A stretch of 64,000 nucleotides of DNA from NCBI GenBank assembly GCA_965223505.1, contig CBDCWP010000030.1:128001-192000 (forward strand), given 5' to 3'. The notes beneath the pieces were generated by a model. It did not search any database and was not told where the DNA came from. It saw only the letters and a program-made list of their open reading frames with translations. Positions 54,703 through 63,215 of this stretch are shown one piece after another. The DNA is from Planctomycetota bacterium (GTDB lineage: Bacteria; Planctomycetota; PLA2; JAEUHO01). The stretch's first letter is position 1. Each line of letters opens with the position of its first letter. The translations under genes and the position numbers were made by a program.

Positions 54703-55719
54703 GTGCTACGGCTGCTCCTGCCCGCAACGCTGATCCTCTCGACCGTGGTCTGCGCCGCCGACGAAACGACGACGGCGCCGACGATCGCCATCGGCGAGGC
54801 GGAGCTGCTGAAGGGGCCCAACGCTTTGGTGCGGTCGGTGAGGTACAGCCCCGACGGCACGCTGCTCGCGGCGGGCGAGTCCGACCGAACACTGTGGATC
54901 TTCGACAGCAAGACGCGCAAGAAGCTCGGCACGGCGACGTACCCCCCCGGCAAGGGCTGAGGCCCGTGAGTGGCGTCCGTCGCCTTCGGTCCGGAGGGCA
55001 AACAGATCGTCGCGGGCTGCACCGACGGACACCTGCGCCTTCACAGGGCGCCGAGCACCGCCGACGTGCGTGACATCGCCGCGCACAAGGCCGTCATCCA
55101 CGCGGCGGCGTATCACCCCTCCGGAACCTACGTCGCGTCGGGTTGCGACAACGAGACGATCAAGGTCTTCCGCGTGAAGGACGGCAAGGAGGTCGTCACG
55201 TTGAAGGGGCTTCACAAGGGCAAGACGTGGGCGCTCCACTTCACGGCGACGCAGCTGTACGCAGCCGGCAACGACGGCGTCGTACGCATCTGGAACACCG
55301 AGTCGTGGAAGCTCGAGGCCGCGCTCGAAGAGCAACCGGACGGCATTCTCTCGTTGGCGTTCACCAAAGACGGAACGCGCATGGCCTCCGTCGGCACCGG
55401 CAAGTCGATTCGGATATGGGATCTGGAGACACGCAAGATCGTGCGCGAGATGGAGAACCCGGACGGCCAGCTCTACGGCGCCGCGTTCGATCCCGAAGGC
55501 CGCCATCTCGCGACGTGTGGCGTCGGCAAGCGTCTGCGTGTGTGGGACACCCGAACCGGCGCGACGATTCATGTCACCCCGGAAGGCAAGAACACGATGT
55601 ACACGGTCGACTGGCACCCGGACGGGAGCTGGATCGCGACAGGCAGCTCCGGAGGGGCGCTCGCGCTGTACCCCGTCACGCCCGCCGCGAGACCGGACGA
55701 CGACGAAGCATCGAAGTAG
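54703..55719 (+). CDS. Secreted 7-bladed WD40 beta-propeller with two in-frame TGA codons (54958, 54967), candidate UxxU selenoprotein
   Basis: ORFs 54703-54960 and 54970-55719 share a frame and are joined by TGA GGC CCG TGA; together they give a signal peptide plus exactly seven WD repeats. Confidence 0.75.
54961..55018 (+). promoter_or_regulatory. Putative bacterial SECIS element
   Basis: Upper stem GCCUUC/GAGGGC (54982-87/54994-99) with apical loop GGUCCG, 18 and 27 nt after the two UGAs; lower pairing GGCCCGUGA/UCGCGGGCU (54961-69/55010-18). Confidence 0.6.
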
Positions 55720-55832
55720 CGACACGGCACGCTTGGTAGCATGCGCGCCGTGCGCCGCATGCTCCTCTCGCTCCTTGCACTCCTGCTCGTCGTGGGCTGC
55801 TTCGTTCGAGAGATCCGCTGGAGGAGCTGCGC

Positions 55833-56468
55833 TTGAAGCCCGACGAGTTCGTCGCCCATCTCGGCGCGTGCAAGGCGTCCGCGATCCTGCGCACGGACAT
55901 CGAAGACGCCGCCGCCCCGGCGATGGACGCCGCGATTCGCGGCGGCTTCGAGATCGTCGAGTTCACGCTGACGATCCCCGGCGTTCACGATCGAATCGCC
56001 GAGTTCGCCCGGCGTGACGATGTCGTCGTCGGCGCCGGCACGGTGCTCACCGTCGAAGACGCGCGCGCGGCGGTGAAGAGCGGCGCGCGCTTTCTCGTGT
56101 CGCCGGTCGTCAGCGACGCGGTGATCGAGGAGGCGCTGGCGCTCGACGTCGCGATCATGCCGGGCGTGCACACCCCCACCGAGATGCTCAACGCGTACGG
56201 CGCGGGCGCGCGGCTTCAGAAGCTATTCCCCGCACCGGGCCTCGGGCCGGCCTACGTCAAGGCGTGCCTGGGACCGATGCCGTTCCTCAACATCGTGCCC
56301 ACCAACGGCGCCGACGCGGACAACGCCCGTGCGTGGCTGGACGCGGGCGCGCACGCGCTGGGATTCGTGGCGCCGTTGTTCGACACGCAGGAACTGGCCG
56401 ACGGGCGCTTCGACCTCGTCGAGGCGCGCGCGCGACGCATCGTCACGGCGGTCAACGCGAGCGGTTGA
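55833..56468 (+). CDS. eda: KDPG/KHG aldolase family protein
   Basis: AILR, EFTLT, VGAGTVL, GARFLVSP, PGVHTPTE, KLFPA, PTNG; TTG start with GGAGG. Confidence 0.85.
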   Translation: MKPDEFVAHLGACKASAILRTDIEDAAAPAMDAAIRGGFEIVEFTLTIPGVHDRIAEFARRDDVVVGAGTVLTVEDARAAVKSGARFLVSPVVSDAVIEEALALDVAIMPGVHTPTEMLNAYGAGARLQKLFPAPGLGPAYVKACLGPMPFLNIVPTNGADADNARAWLDAGAHALGFVAPLFDTQELADGRFDLVEARARRIVTAVNASG

Positions 56469-56483
56469 CGCTATCCTGCGCGG

Positions 56484-56846
56484 ATGCCCATCCACATCGA
56501 GAGCCCTTCCGTGATCGAAGCCGCCGGCAACAAGCCGAAGCGCATCGAGGAGTACGTCGGTCGCGTGAACAGCGCCGACACCGCTGTGAGCATCGCGCGC
56601 ATGCAATCCCCCGCGGGGTGGCGAGAGCCGGGACAGCGTCCGCAGTTCGACGAGTACACGCTCGTGCTGTCGGGAACGCTGCGCGTGGAGCACGAAGGCG
56701 GCGAGCTCGCCGTCGCGGCGGGACAGGCGGTCGTCACGCGGGCCGGCGAGTGGGTGCGATACGCGACACCCGACGGCGCGTGCGAGTACGTGGCCGTCTG
56801 CCTCCCGGCGTTCTCGCCCGAAACGGTGCACCGGGACGCCGACTGA
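56484..56846 (+). CDS. Cupin domain protein
   Basis: GNKPKRIEEYVGRVNS, GW.EPGQRP.FDEYT.VL.G.L, YVAVCLPAFSP.TVHRD. Confidence 0.85.
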   Translation: MPIHIESPSVIEAAGNKPKRIEEYVGRVNSADTAVSIARMQSPAGWREPGQRPQFDEYTLVLSGTLRVEHEGGELAVAAGQAVVTRAGEWVRYATPDGACEYVAVCLPAFSPETVHRDAD

Positions 56847-56980
56847 TCCCCATTTTCAGGGAGTCACACCGCCGTCATCGAGACCGCCGGGGATCCGGCA
56901 GCCGCCTCCCCTACCGATATACTCATGGCCAGCACAGCCGCATCCGGCCGGTTGTTCACTCTCTGAGAGGAACCGGGACG

Positions 56981-57205
56981 ATGAAGAGAACGCACTTCAC
57001 CCGTCTGGCTGTCATCGCGATCTTGCTGGTGGCGGCGGCGGGCATGACCACGGCCTGTGGCGGCGGCGGCGGCGCGGTCGCCGGCGCGCTCGTCGGCGGC
57101 ATCGTAGGCGCGGGCATCGGCTCCGCGCTCGACGACTGCCACCACTACCACTGCGATCCGTACTACTACAAGCCGGGGGATCCGGGCTACGACGACACCT
57201 GGTAG
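56981..57205 (+). CDS. Small glycine-zipper lipoprotein (74 aa) with His/Cys/Tyr-rich tail
   Basis: MKRTHF...TTAC-GGGGGAVAGALVGGIVGAGIG..DDCHHYHCDPYYY; GAGGA RBS; TATACT upstream. Confidence 0.65.
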   Translation: MKRTHFTRLAVIAILLVAAAGMTTACGGGGGAVAGALVGGIVGAGIGSALDDCHHYHCDPYYYKPGDPGYDDTW

Positions 57206-57227
57206 TCGTTCGCCGGAGACGAACCTC

Positions 57228-57266
57228 GACGCCACTCGCCCCTCGCGGCGGGTGGCGTCTTGCGTT
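57228..57266 (+). terminator. 13-bp hairpin after the small lipoprotein gene, probable terminator (weak U-tract)
   Basis: GACGCCACTCGCC-cctcgc-GGCGGGTGGCGTC-ttgcgtt. Confidence 0.55.
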
Positions 57267-57339
57267 CCGGGCTCGGTCTCGAAGACCGGTCGGGCCGGCG
57301 CCGAGCGCGGAAGCGACGAGACGCTCGTAGACTCCGCGC

Positions 57340-58584
57340 GTGAGCGAACACGTCGACATCGCCGTCGTCGGAGCGGGCGCGGCCGGTCTGATGGCCGGGA
57401 TCTTCGCCGGCCGCACGGCGCCGTCGGCACGCGTCGTCGTGGTCGACGGCGCCAAGACGATCGGCGCGAAGATCCTGGTCGCCGGCGGCGGCCGCTGCAA
57501 CGTGACCCATGAGTCGGTCGACGCTTCGGCGTTCGCCGGCGCCTCCCGCAACGCGATCGGCAAGGTGCTGCGCCACTTCGACGTCCCGGACACGATCGCG
57601 TTCTTCCGCGATCTGGGCGTCGAGCTCAAACGCGAGGAGACGGGCAAGCTCTTCCCGACCACCGACAAAGCGCGCACCGTCTTGGACGCGTTGCTGGGTG
57701 CGTTGTCGGATGTGGGCGTGACGCTTCGGCACCCGTTCCGCGTGGAGACAGTCGAGCGAACGGACGCAGGCTTCGCCGTCGAGGGTCCCCAGGGGCGCCT
57801 CGAAGCGGGTTGCGTCGTGCTCGCCACCGGCGGCAAGAGCTTGCCCAAGTCGGGATCCGACGGCCACGGGTACGAGATCTCCCGTTCGCTCGGTCACACA
57901 GTGACGCCGCGCGTCTTTCCGGCGCTGGTGCCCTTGCTGCTACCGGAGGGTCACTTCGTACGCGAGTTGAGCGGCATCACGCTGCCGGCGCGACTCGCGG
58001 TCGTGGGGCCGACCGGCAGGGAGCTCGTGTCGTTCACGAACTCGACGTTGTGTACGCACTTCGGACTGTCCGGGCCGTCAGCGCTCGACATCAGCCGGTA
58101 CCTGCTCGACGCGCAGGCCGACGATGCGGGAGCGCAGTTGCGCGTGAGCTGGCTGCCGGGCGAGGACGAGGGATCCATCGATTCGTGGCTGCGGGAGGCG
58201 CGCAGTGTGACGCTGGAGCAACATCTCTCGACGCGGCTCCCCCAGCGCATGGCGACGGCGCTCTGCGCGCAGGCCGGTCTCGAACCCGGCGCGACGGGCG
58301 ATCAGCTCACGCGCCGGCGTCGCAAGGCGTTGGGCCGCGCGTTGGTGTCGATGGCGCTGCCCGTCGCGGGTCAACGTGGGTGGGCGTTCGCCGAGGTGAC
58401 GGCCGGCGGCGTACCGCTCGACGAGCTCGACCTGCGCACGATGTCGTCGCGCGTGTGCCCGGGGTTGTATCTCTGCGGGGAGATCCTCGACGTGGACGGC
58501 CGCATCGGCGGCTTCAACTTCCAGTGGGCCTGGGCGAGCGGACATACGGTCGGGGTCGCGGTGGGACGCCGCCGGTTGGAGTGA
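57340..58584 (+). CDS. HI0933/YhiN/BaiN family flavoprotein
   Basis: VVGAGAAG, GAKILVAGGGRCNVT, GKLFP, ATGGKS.P..GS.G.GY, THFGLSGP, VTAGGV, GEILDVDG.IGGFNFQWAW.SG. Confidence 0.92.
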   Translation: MSEHVDIAVVGAGAAGLMAGIFAGRTAPSARVVVVDGAKTIGAKILVAGGGRCNVTHESVDASAFAGASRNAIGKVLRHFDVPDTIAFFRDLGVELKREETGKLFPTTDKARTVLDALLGALSDVGVTLRHPFRVETVERTDAGFAVEGPQGRLEAGCVVLATGGKSLPKSGSDGHGYEISRSLGHTVTPRVFPALVPLLLPEGHFVRELSGITLPARLAVVGPTGRELVSFTNSTLCTHFGLSGPSALDISRYLLDAQADDAGAQLRVSWLPGEDEGSIDSWLREARSVTLEQHLSTRLPQRMATALCAQAGLEPGATGDQLTRRRRKALGRALVSMALPVAGQRGWAFAEVTAGGVPLDELDLRTMSSRVCPGLYLCGEILDVDGRIGGFNFQWAWASGHTVGVAVGRRRLE

Positions 58585-58675
58585 GGCGACGGGATGAGTC
58601 CTGTGGGCGCGAGGACGTCGGAAGCGGAAGGCTCTTCCTTGCCCGCTGCAAGGCGCGGACGTAGCGTGCGCGCCC

Positions 58676-59599
58676 ATGGCGCTGGTGCGGCTCGGACAGC
58701 TCAAGGACCTCTCCGTGCCCCTGGCGAACGGCCTGGTACGGGTCTCGCTCGCCGGTGGAGAAGAGCGGGCCGACGCGATGATCGACGGCCTGGCCGCGCT
58801 CGCGAAGCTGGCCCACCTGCTGCCGACCCGTCTTCGCAGCTCGCCGGCGAACCTGTGCCGGCTGGGTGCGAACGCGCCGTCGGCGAAGGCGCTGTTCGAC
58901 GGCTTCATCGCGCGCGTGGCCCACGCGTTCAAGCAGTACGCGCGGCTGCATGCGCACGGCGTCGACGCGATCCTGCCCGACATTCGCTTCGAGGCGGGCG
59001 CCAAGGCGCTGCTGTCACAGACCTACGACCGGTACGGCGCAGCGGTGTGCGTCGTCCCCCACTGCGTCGGGTCCGTGCTGTCGGCCGCCCGGCTCGGCCG
59101 CGACTTCCCGGCGCGCTTCCTCGTGCGCGAACCGAAGTCGAAGCGCCGCCGCGCGATCCAGATGCCGCTGCTCGACAAGCTCGGCATGGACCTGGTACGC
59201 GTGCGCAGGCATTCGCGGGCGGAGCGCGGGCGTCAGATCCTGCGCGCGCTACGAGACGGCGCGATCCTGATCGGGACCACGGACCTGGCGCGTCCGACCC
59301 CCGAGCGGATTCGCGTGTCCGTGTTCGGACATCGCGCTTCGTTGCCGGGTTGGCCCGCCCGCTTCGCGACACGCCGCGGCATTCCCATCATCCCGAGCTA
59401 CGTGCGCATCAGAGACGGCGCCGTCTGGATTCGTTTCGCGCAGCCCGTCGTGACCGAAGACGAGACCGAGGCGACGGCGCGCTGGGCAGCCGCATTCGAG
59501 CGGGAGATCCTCGCCAGTCCGAGTGACTGGGTGTTCCAGTTCGACAAGCAGTGGAAGCGCAATCTCGCCGCGGCGGTCGAGGCGCGACGACGACGCTAG
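58676..59599 (+). CDS. Lipid A/lysophospholipid acyltransferase (LpxL-like, divergent)
   Basis: VVPH.VG, LRALRDG, V.VFG..A..P..PA.FA, FEREI...P.DW. Confidence 0.65.
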   Translation: MALVRLGQLKDLSVPLANGLVRVSLAGGEERADAMIDGLAALAKLAHLLPTRLRSSPANLCRLGANAPSAKALFDGFIARVAHAFKQYARLHAHGVDAILPDIRFEAGAKALLSQTYDRYGAAVCVVPHCVGSVLSAARLGRDFPARFLVREPKSKRRRAIQMPLLDKLGMDLVRVRRHSRAERGRQILRALRDGAILIGTTDLARPTPERIRVSVFGHRASLPGWPARFATRRGIPIIPSYVRIRDGAVWIRFAQPVVTEDETEATARWAAAFEREILASPSDWVFQFDKQWKRNLAAAVEARRRR

Positions 59600-60486
59600 C
59601 TCTGGTCGCTGCTGTTCCCGTCGCTCCAGCGCCCCGACGGCGGAAGCGTCGAGACCAGGCCCGGCCCCGCGCCGTCGTTGCCGACCGGAGACGGCGGCGG
59701 AGGCGGCGGCGCCGCCGCGGTCTGTTGCGCACCGGTTTCCGCATACGGCGACGTGTAGCCGACGTTCGAGGACGAGGCGCCGTAGGCGTCCATCTCGAAC
59801 TGGTTGTACGACAACGGCTGGCGGGTCGACCCGCCGCCGCCGGCGACCTTCATCAGTACGATCAGGAGCAGTGTCACACCCAGCGCGATCGCGCCGTAGA
59901 GCACGACCTTCGGCAGCCCCTTGTCGATCTTCACCGACTCGACCATGCGGTTCCAGTCGGTCTGCGCCGCGGGGAACTCGCCATCGAGTGTCTGCATCAT
60001 GACGACGACGATGAACTCGCCGCACGCGATCGAGAGGATGCGCACCGTGTGCTCCTCACCCGTCGCGTCGGCTTCCATCATGATCTCGACGGCGTCGTAC
60101 TCACCCACCTTGCGCTTCTTGAACGAGAACCCCTCGCCCATCCGGCTCTGGAGCAGCTGGATCTGGTCCATGCCCAGATCCTCGACGCTCTCGATCTCGT
60201 GCCCGGACTTCACGTCGACGCGACTCACCATGATCGTGCCGCGCGGTTCCGTCTCCAGGCCGGCGATGAAGACCGTCACCTCGGGCATGCCGTCGATCGG
60301 AAGATTGCCCAGCTTGGACGTGATCTTCATGTCGCCGGATCCCGACAGGCTCATGGCTTCGACGAAGCCGCTCGGCACTTCGAGTACGTAGCCGTCTCCC
60401 TCGAGCTTCTCACCGGCGTAGGCCGGGGAAACCGCGACGGACAGAGCCAGGAGAACCGAACACGTCAGGAGGATGAAGCGCTTCAC
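59596..60486 (-). CDS. Hypothetical exported protein with C-terminal TM and Pro-rich tail
   Basis: Signal peptide (AYA cleavage-like), globular domain, TM VVLYGAIALGVTLLLIVLM; coding-like codon usage. Confidence 0.65.
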   Translation of the reverse strand: MKRFILLTCSVLLALSVAVSPAYAGEKLEGDGYVLEVPSGFVEAMSLSGSGDMKITSKLGNLPIDGMPEVTVFIAGLETEPRGTIMVSRVDVKSGHEIESVEDLGMDQIQLLQSRMGEGFSFKKRKVGEYDAVEIMMEADATGEEHTVRILSIACGEFIVVVMMQTLDGEFPAAQTDWNRMVESVKIDKGLPKVVLYGAIALGVTLLLIVLMKVAGGGGSTRQPLSYNQFEMDAYGASSSNVGYTSPYAETGAQQTAAAPPPPPPSPVGNDGAGPGLVSTLPPSGRWSDGNSSDQS

Positions 60487-60647
60487 AGAGATCTCTAGGG
60501 GGGTCGGGATGAGTCGGAAAATCCCTATCGACCGACCCGCACGCCGGACTCAAGCCGCGCCCCAAGAGCCCTACCATCAGGGGTTTGCGCGGCGAACAGG
60601 CGACAAACGTCCTGTCCGATCGGCGCGTGCCGGGCTAACTTCTCGCG

Positions 60648-61319
60648 ATGCCCGGAGCGCTGTTCGACATCGGCTACGTACTCATGGACGAGACCCCGCG
60701 GCTGCGCGCGAGCCTGCGTTGGCTCGCCGAGCGGCTGCCGGACCTCGATGAGGCGCGTCTGCACACCGCATACGTGAGCGCGTGCACGCATCCGGACCCG
60801 GAATTCGTCAGCCTCATCTCCCAAAGCCTGGTCGGGCTGGGCCTGGACCGCGAGACGGCGCAGTCGCTTCGCAAGGCGCTGCCGTGGGACGCGGTCCCGT
60901 TGGTGCCGTACGCGGACGTCGCGGATGCGCTGGACGTACTCGCCGACGCCGGCTTCCGTCTCGGCGTGCTCGCGAATCAGCCCGCCTCGGCGCTGGACGA
61001 CCTGAGACGCGTGGGCCTCGCGGACCGCTTCGACGGCATCTGGCTCTCGGAGGCCGAAGGGCTCGCGAAGCCCGACCCGGCGTTCTTCCGCCTGGCGCTC
61101 GATGCGTGGACGCTCGCGCCCGCGACGATCGCGTACGTCGGCGACCGACCGGACAACGACGTCAAGCCTGCGAAGGCGCTGGGCATGTTCACCGCGCGCG
61201 TACGTACCGGATCGCATCGCGACCAACGGCCGGGCGACGCGGCGGAGGAACCGGACGTCGAGGCGGATACCCTGTTGGGCGCGGCGCGCGCGATCGTCGA
61301 CGCGCTGAAGGGAGCGTAG
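60648..61319 (+). CDS. HAD-superfamily hydrolase
   Basis: LFDIGYVL, LGVLANQ, AKPDP, YVGDRPDNDV.PA..LGM. Confidence 0.88.
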   Translation: MPGALFDIGYVLMDETPRLRASLRWLAERLPDLDEARLHTAYVSACTHPDPEFVSLISQSLVGLGLDRETAQSLRKALPWDAVPLVPYADVADALDVLADAGFRLGVLANQPASALDDLRRVGLADRFDGIWLSEAEGLAKPDPAFFRLALDAWTLAPATIAYVGDRPDNDVKPAKALGMFTARVRTGSHRDQRPGDAAEEPDVEADTLLGAARAIVDALKGA

Positions 61320-61321
61320 GA

Positions 61322-61816
61322 ATGGAACCGGAAATCGTCGAAAAAGGCGCGCTCAAAGTCGTCGGGATGCATACGAAGTTCATCCACGCGCTGTCGCCGG
61401 ACGCGAACGGCCACGAGATCATCGGTCCGCTGTGGGGCGCGTTCGGGCCGCACATGCCGACGATTCCGAATCGCGTCGGCGCGGATGTTTCCCACGGTGT
61501 CATGTACGCCGAGGAAGAGAAGTCGCACCCCGACGAGCTGCACTACATCGCGGGCGTGCCCGTTTCGTCGTTCGACGACGTGCCCGAAGGGATGGTGACG
61601 CGCGAGATCCCGGCGGGCACCTACGCCGTCTTCACCCTGAAGGGACCGCTCACGCAGTTCGGACGTTGGTGCGAGCAGATGTACCGCGAGTGGTTGCCGG
61701 CTTCCGCGTACGAGCACGGCGGCGGCGAAGACCTCGAGCAGTACGACGAGCGCTTCTGCTTCGACGATCCCGAGGTGTCGGTGCAGGAGTACTGGATCTC
61801 GGTGCGGCCCAAGTGA
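61322..61816 (+). CDS. GyrI-like small-molecule-binding protein
   Basis: EPEIVEK....VVG, I..LW..F, YIAGV.V, VPEGM....IPAG.YAVF, Y.EWLP.S.YE, E.YDERF. Confidence 0.85.
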   Translation: MEPEIVEKGALKVVGMHTKFIHALSPDANGHEIIGPLWGAFGPHMPTIPNRVGADVSHGVMYAEEEKSHPDELHYIAGVPVSSFDDVPEGMVTREIPAGTYAVFTLKGPLTQFGRWCEQMYREWLPASAYEHGGGEDLEQYDERFCFDDPEVSVQEYWISVRPK

Positions 61817-63210
61817 TCCGCGTCGTCCTCGCGGCCGCCGCGCTCGCCTGGCTCGCGACGCCGTTGCTGTCGGCGGACGAACCCACGGCGGTCGAGGCCC
61901 GGCGGGCGAGAGCGCGCAAAGCCGGCGAGGAGATCCGGGCGACGCACTTCTTCCACGGGGGCCGAGGCGTGCTCGCGCTGCCCGTCGTCGCGGACGTCTA
62001 CGACCCGTCGCGGCGCTCGCCCTTCGACCGCATCCTGCGCCATCGGCTCGGGTTCGCCTACGAGGACTGCCGCCCGATCGGCCTGCACGTCGTTCGACAC
62101 TGCGGCGAAGACGTGGCCGTGGCCGGTTGCGCCGCATGCCACGCGGGACGCGCCGCGGGCCGCACGATCGTGGGGTTGGGCAACAAGAACATCGACGTCG
62201 CCGCGATCGGCGAGCAGATGCTCGAGCTTCGCGCCGTATCGCGACTGCAGACACGGGTCTCGGGCAGCGTCGACCGGCGGATCGAGCGCCGCGCGCTGCG
62301 CTTTGCGCGAACGGCGGCGGACCGGCGGTACACGAATCCGACCCAGGGACTCGTCTCGGACTTCGTCGTGTGGCACTGGTTCTACGACGTCTCGAACGCG
62401 CCGCTCGAACCCCGGCACCACGTCGTCAAGGTGCCCCACCTCTGGGGACTCCCACAGAAGCACGAAGTCGGCTTCTTCGTCGACGGGCTCGGGCGGGGCC
62501 TCGGTTGGATGGCGATGCAGGAGGTGACCGCCGGCCAGACACCGGACGCCGTTCGCGCGTACCTGCCGCGATTGCGGGCGTTCCTGCGGCAGACCGGCGA
62601 TCTGCTGCCGCCGCGCTATCCGTTCGCGATCGACGCCGAGCGCGCGCAGCGCGGCAGGGCGCTGTTCGAGACGCACTGCGCCGCGTGCCATGGCACCCAC
62701 GAGCGCGATGCACACGGGTTTCCGGTCTTCGAGCCGCCGTCGCGCGTCGCGCTCGAGGAGGTGGGCACCGATCCGGACCGCTATCACCTGCCGCCGCGTC
62801 TCATGTCGCTGATCGCCGCCAGTCCGTTGGCGGATCAGCTCGCGTTCGAGCCCGATCGCCTCGGCTACCTCGCGCCGCGGCTGGACGGGATCTGGTCGCG
62901 CTTTCCGTATCTGCACAACGCGTCGGTGCCGACGCTACGCGCGCTCCTGACACCGCCCGACGAGCGTCCGGTCGCCTGGTCGTTGCGCGACGCCGGCGAG
63001 CGCCGGCGCTTCGACACCGGCGACGTGGGACTGACCATGCCGCGGCGCGGGACGCGGGCGGGCGCGCGGCTTCTCCGGGACGCGAAGCGCGGCGCCCGCC
63101 ACGTCTACTTCACCCGTCGACCGGGTCACTCAAATCAGGGCCACGCGTTCGGGACCGAGCTCTCGGCGCCGGACAAGCGCGCCCTGATCGAGTACCTGAA
63201 GACGCTTTGA
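61813..63210 (+). CDS. Secreted di-heme c-type cytochrome, RoxA-like family
   Basis: Two CAACH; G..LF...CA.CH, VGTDP.R, YLAP.LDGIW...PYLHNASVPTL, SN.GH.FG, LIEYLKTL; GTGA overlap. Confidence 0.8.
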   Translation: MIRVVLAAAALAWLATPLLSADEPTAVEARRARARKAGEEIRATHFFHGGRGVLALPVVADVYDPSRRSPFDRILRHRLGFAYEDCRPIGLHVVRHCGEDVAVAGCAACHAGRAAGRTIVGLGNKNIDVAAIGEQMLELRAVSRLQTRVSGSVDRRIERRALRFARTAADRRYTNPTQGLVSDFVVWHWFYDVSNAPLEPRHHVVKVPHLWGLPQKHEVGFFVDGLGRGLGWMAMQEVTAGQTPDAVRAYLPRLRAFLRQTGDLLPPRYPFAIDAERAQRGRALFETHCAACHGTHERDAHGFPVFEPPSRVALEEVGTDPDRYHLPPRLMSLIAASPLADQLAFEPDRLGYLAPRLDGIWSRFPYLHNASVPTLRALLTPPDERPVAWSLRDAGERRRFDTGDVGLTMPRRGTRAGARLLRDAKRGARHVYFTRRPGHSNQGHAFGTELSAPDKRALIEYLKTL

Positions 63211-63215
63211 CGCGC

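Noticed and set aside
54958..54969. Genome-wide TGA reassignment (Trp/Gly) as the explanation for the WD40 in-frame stops
   Set aside because: TGA is a real stop elsewhere, including coupled overlaps (TGATG at 17391-17395, ATGA at 22164, GTGA at 40698 and 61813). Chance double nonsense mutation is not excluded but is unlikely, since other lesions here are homopolymer indels.
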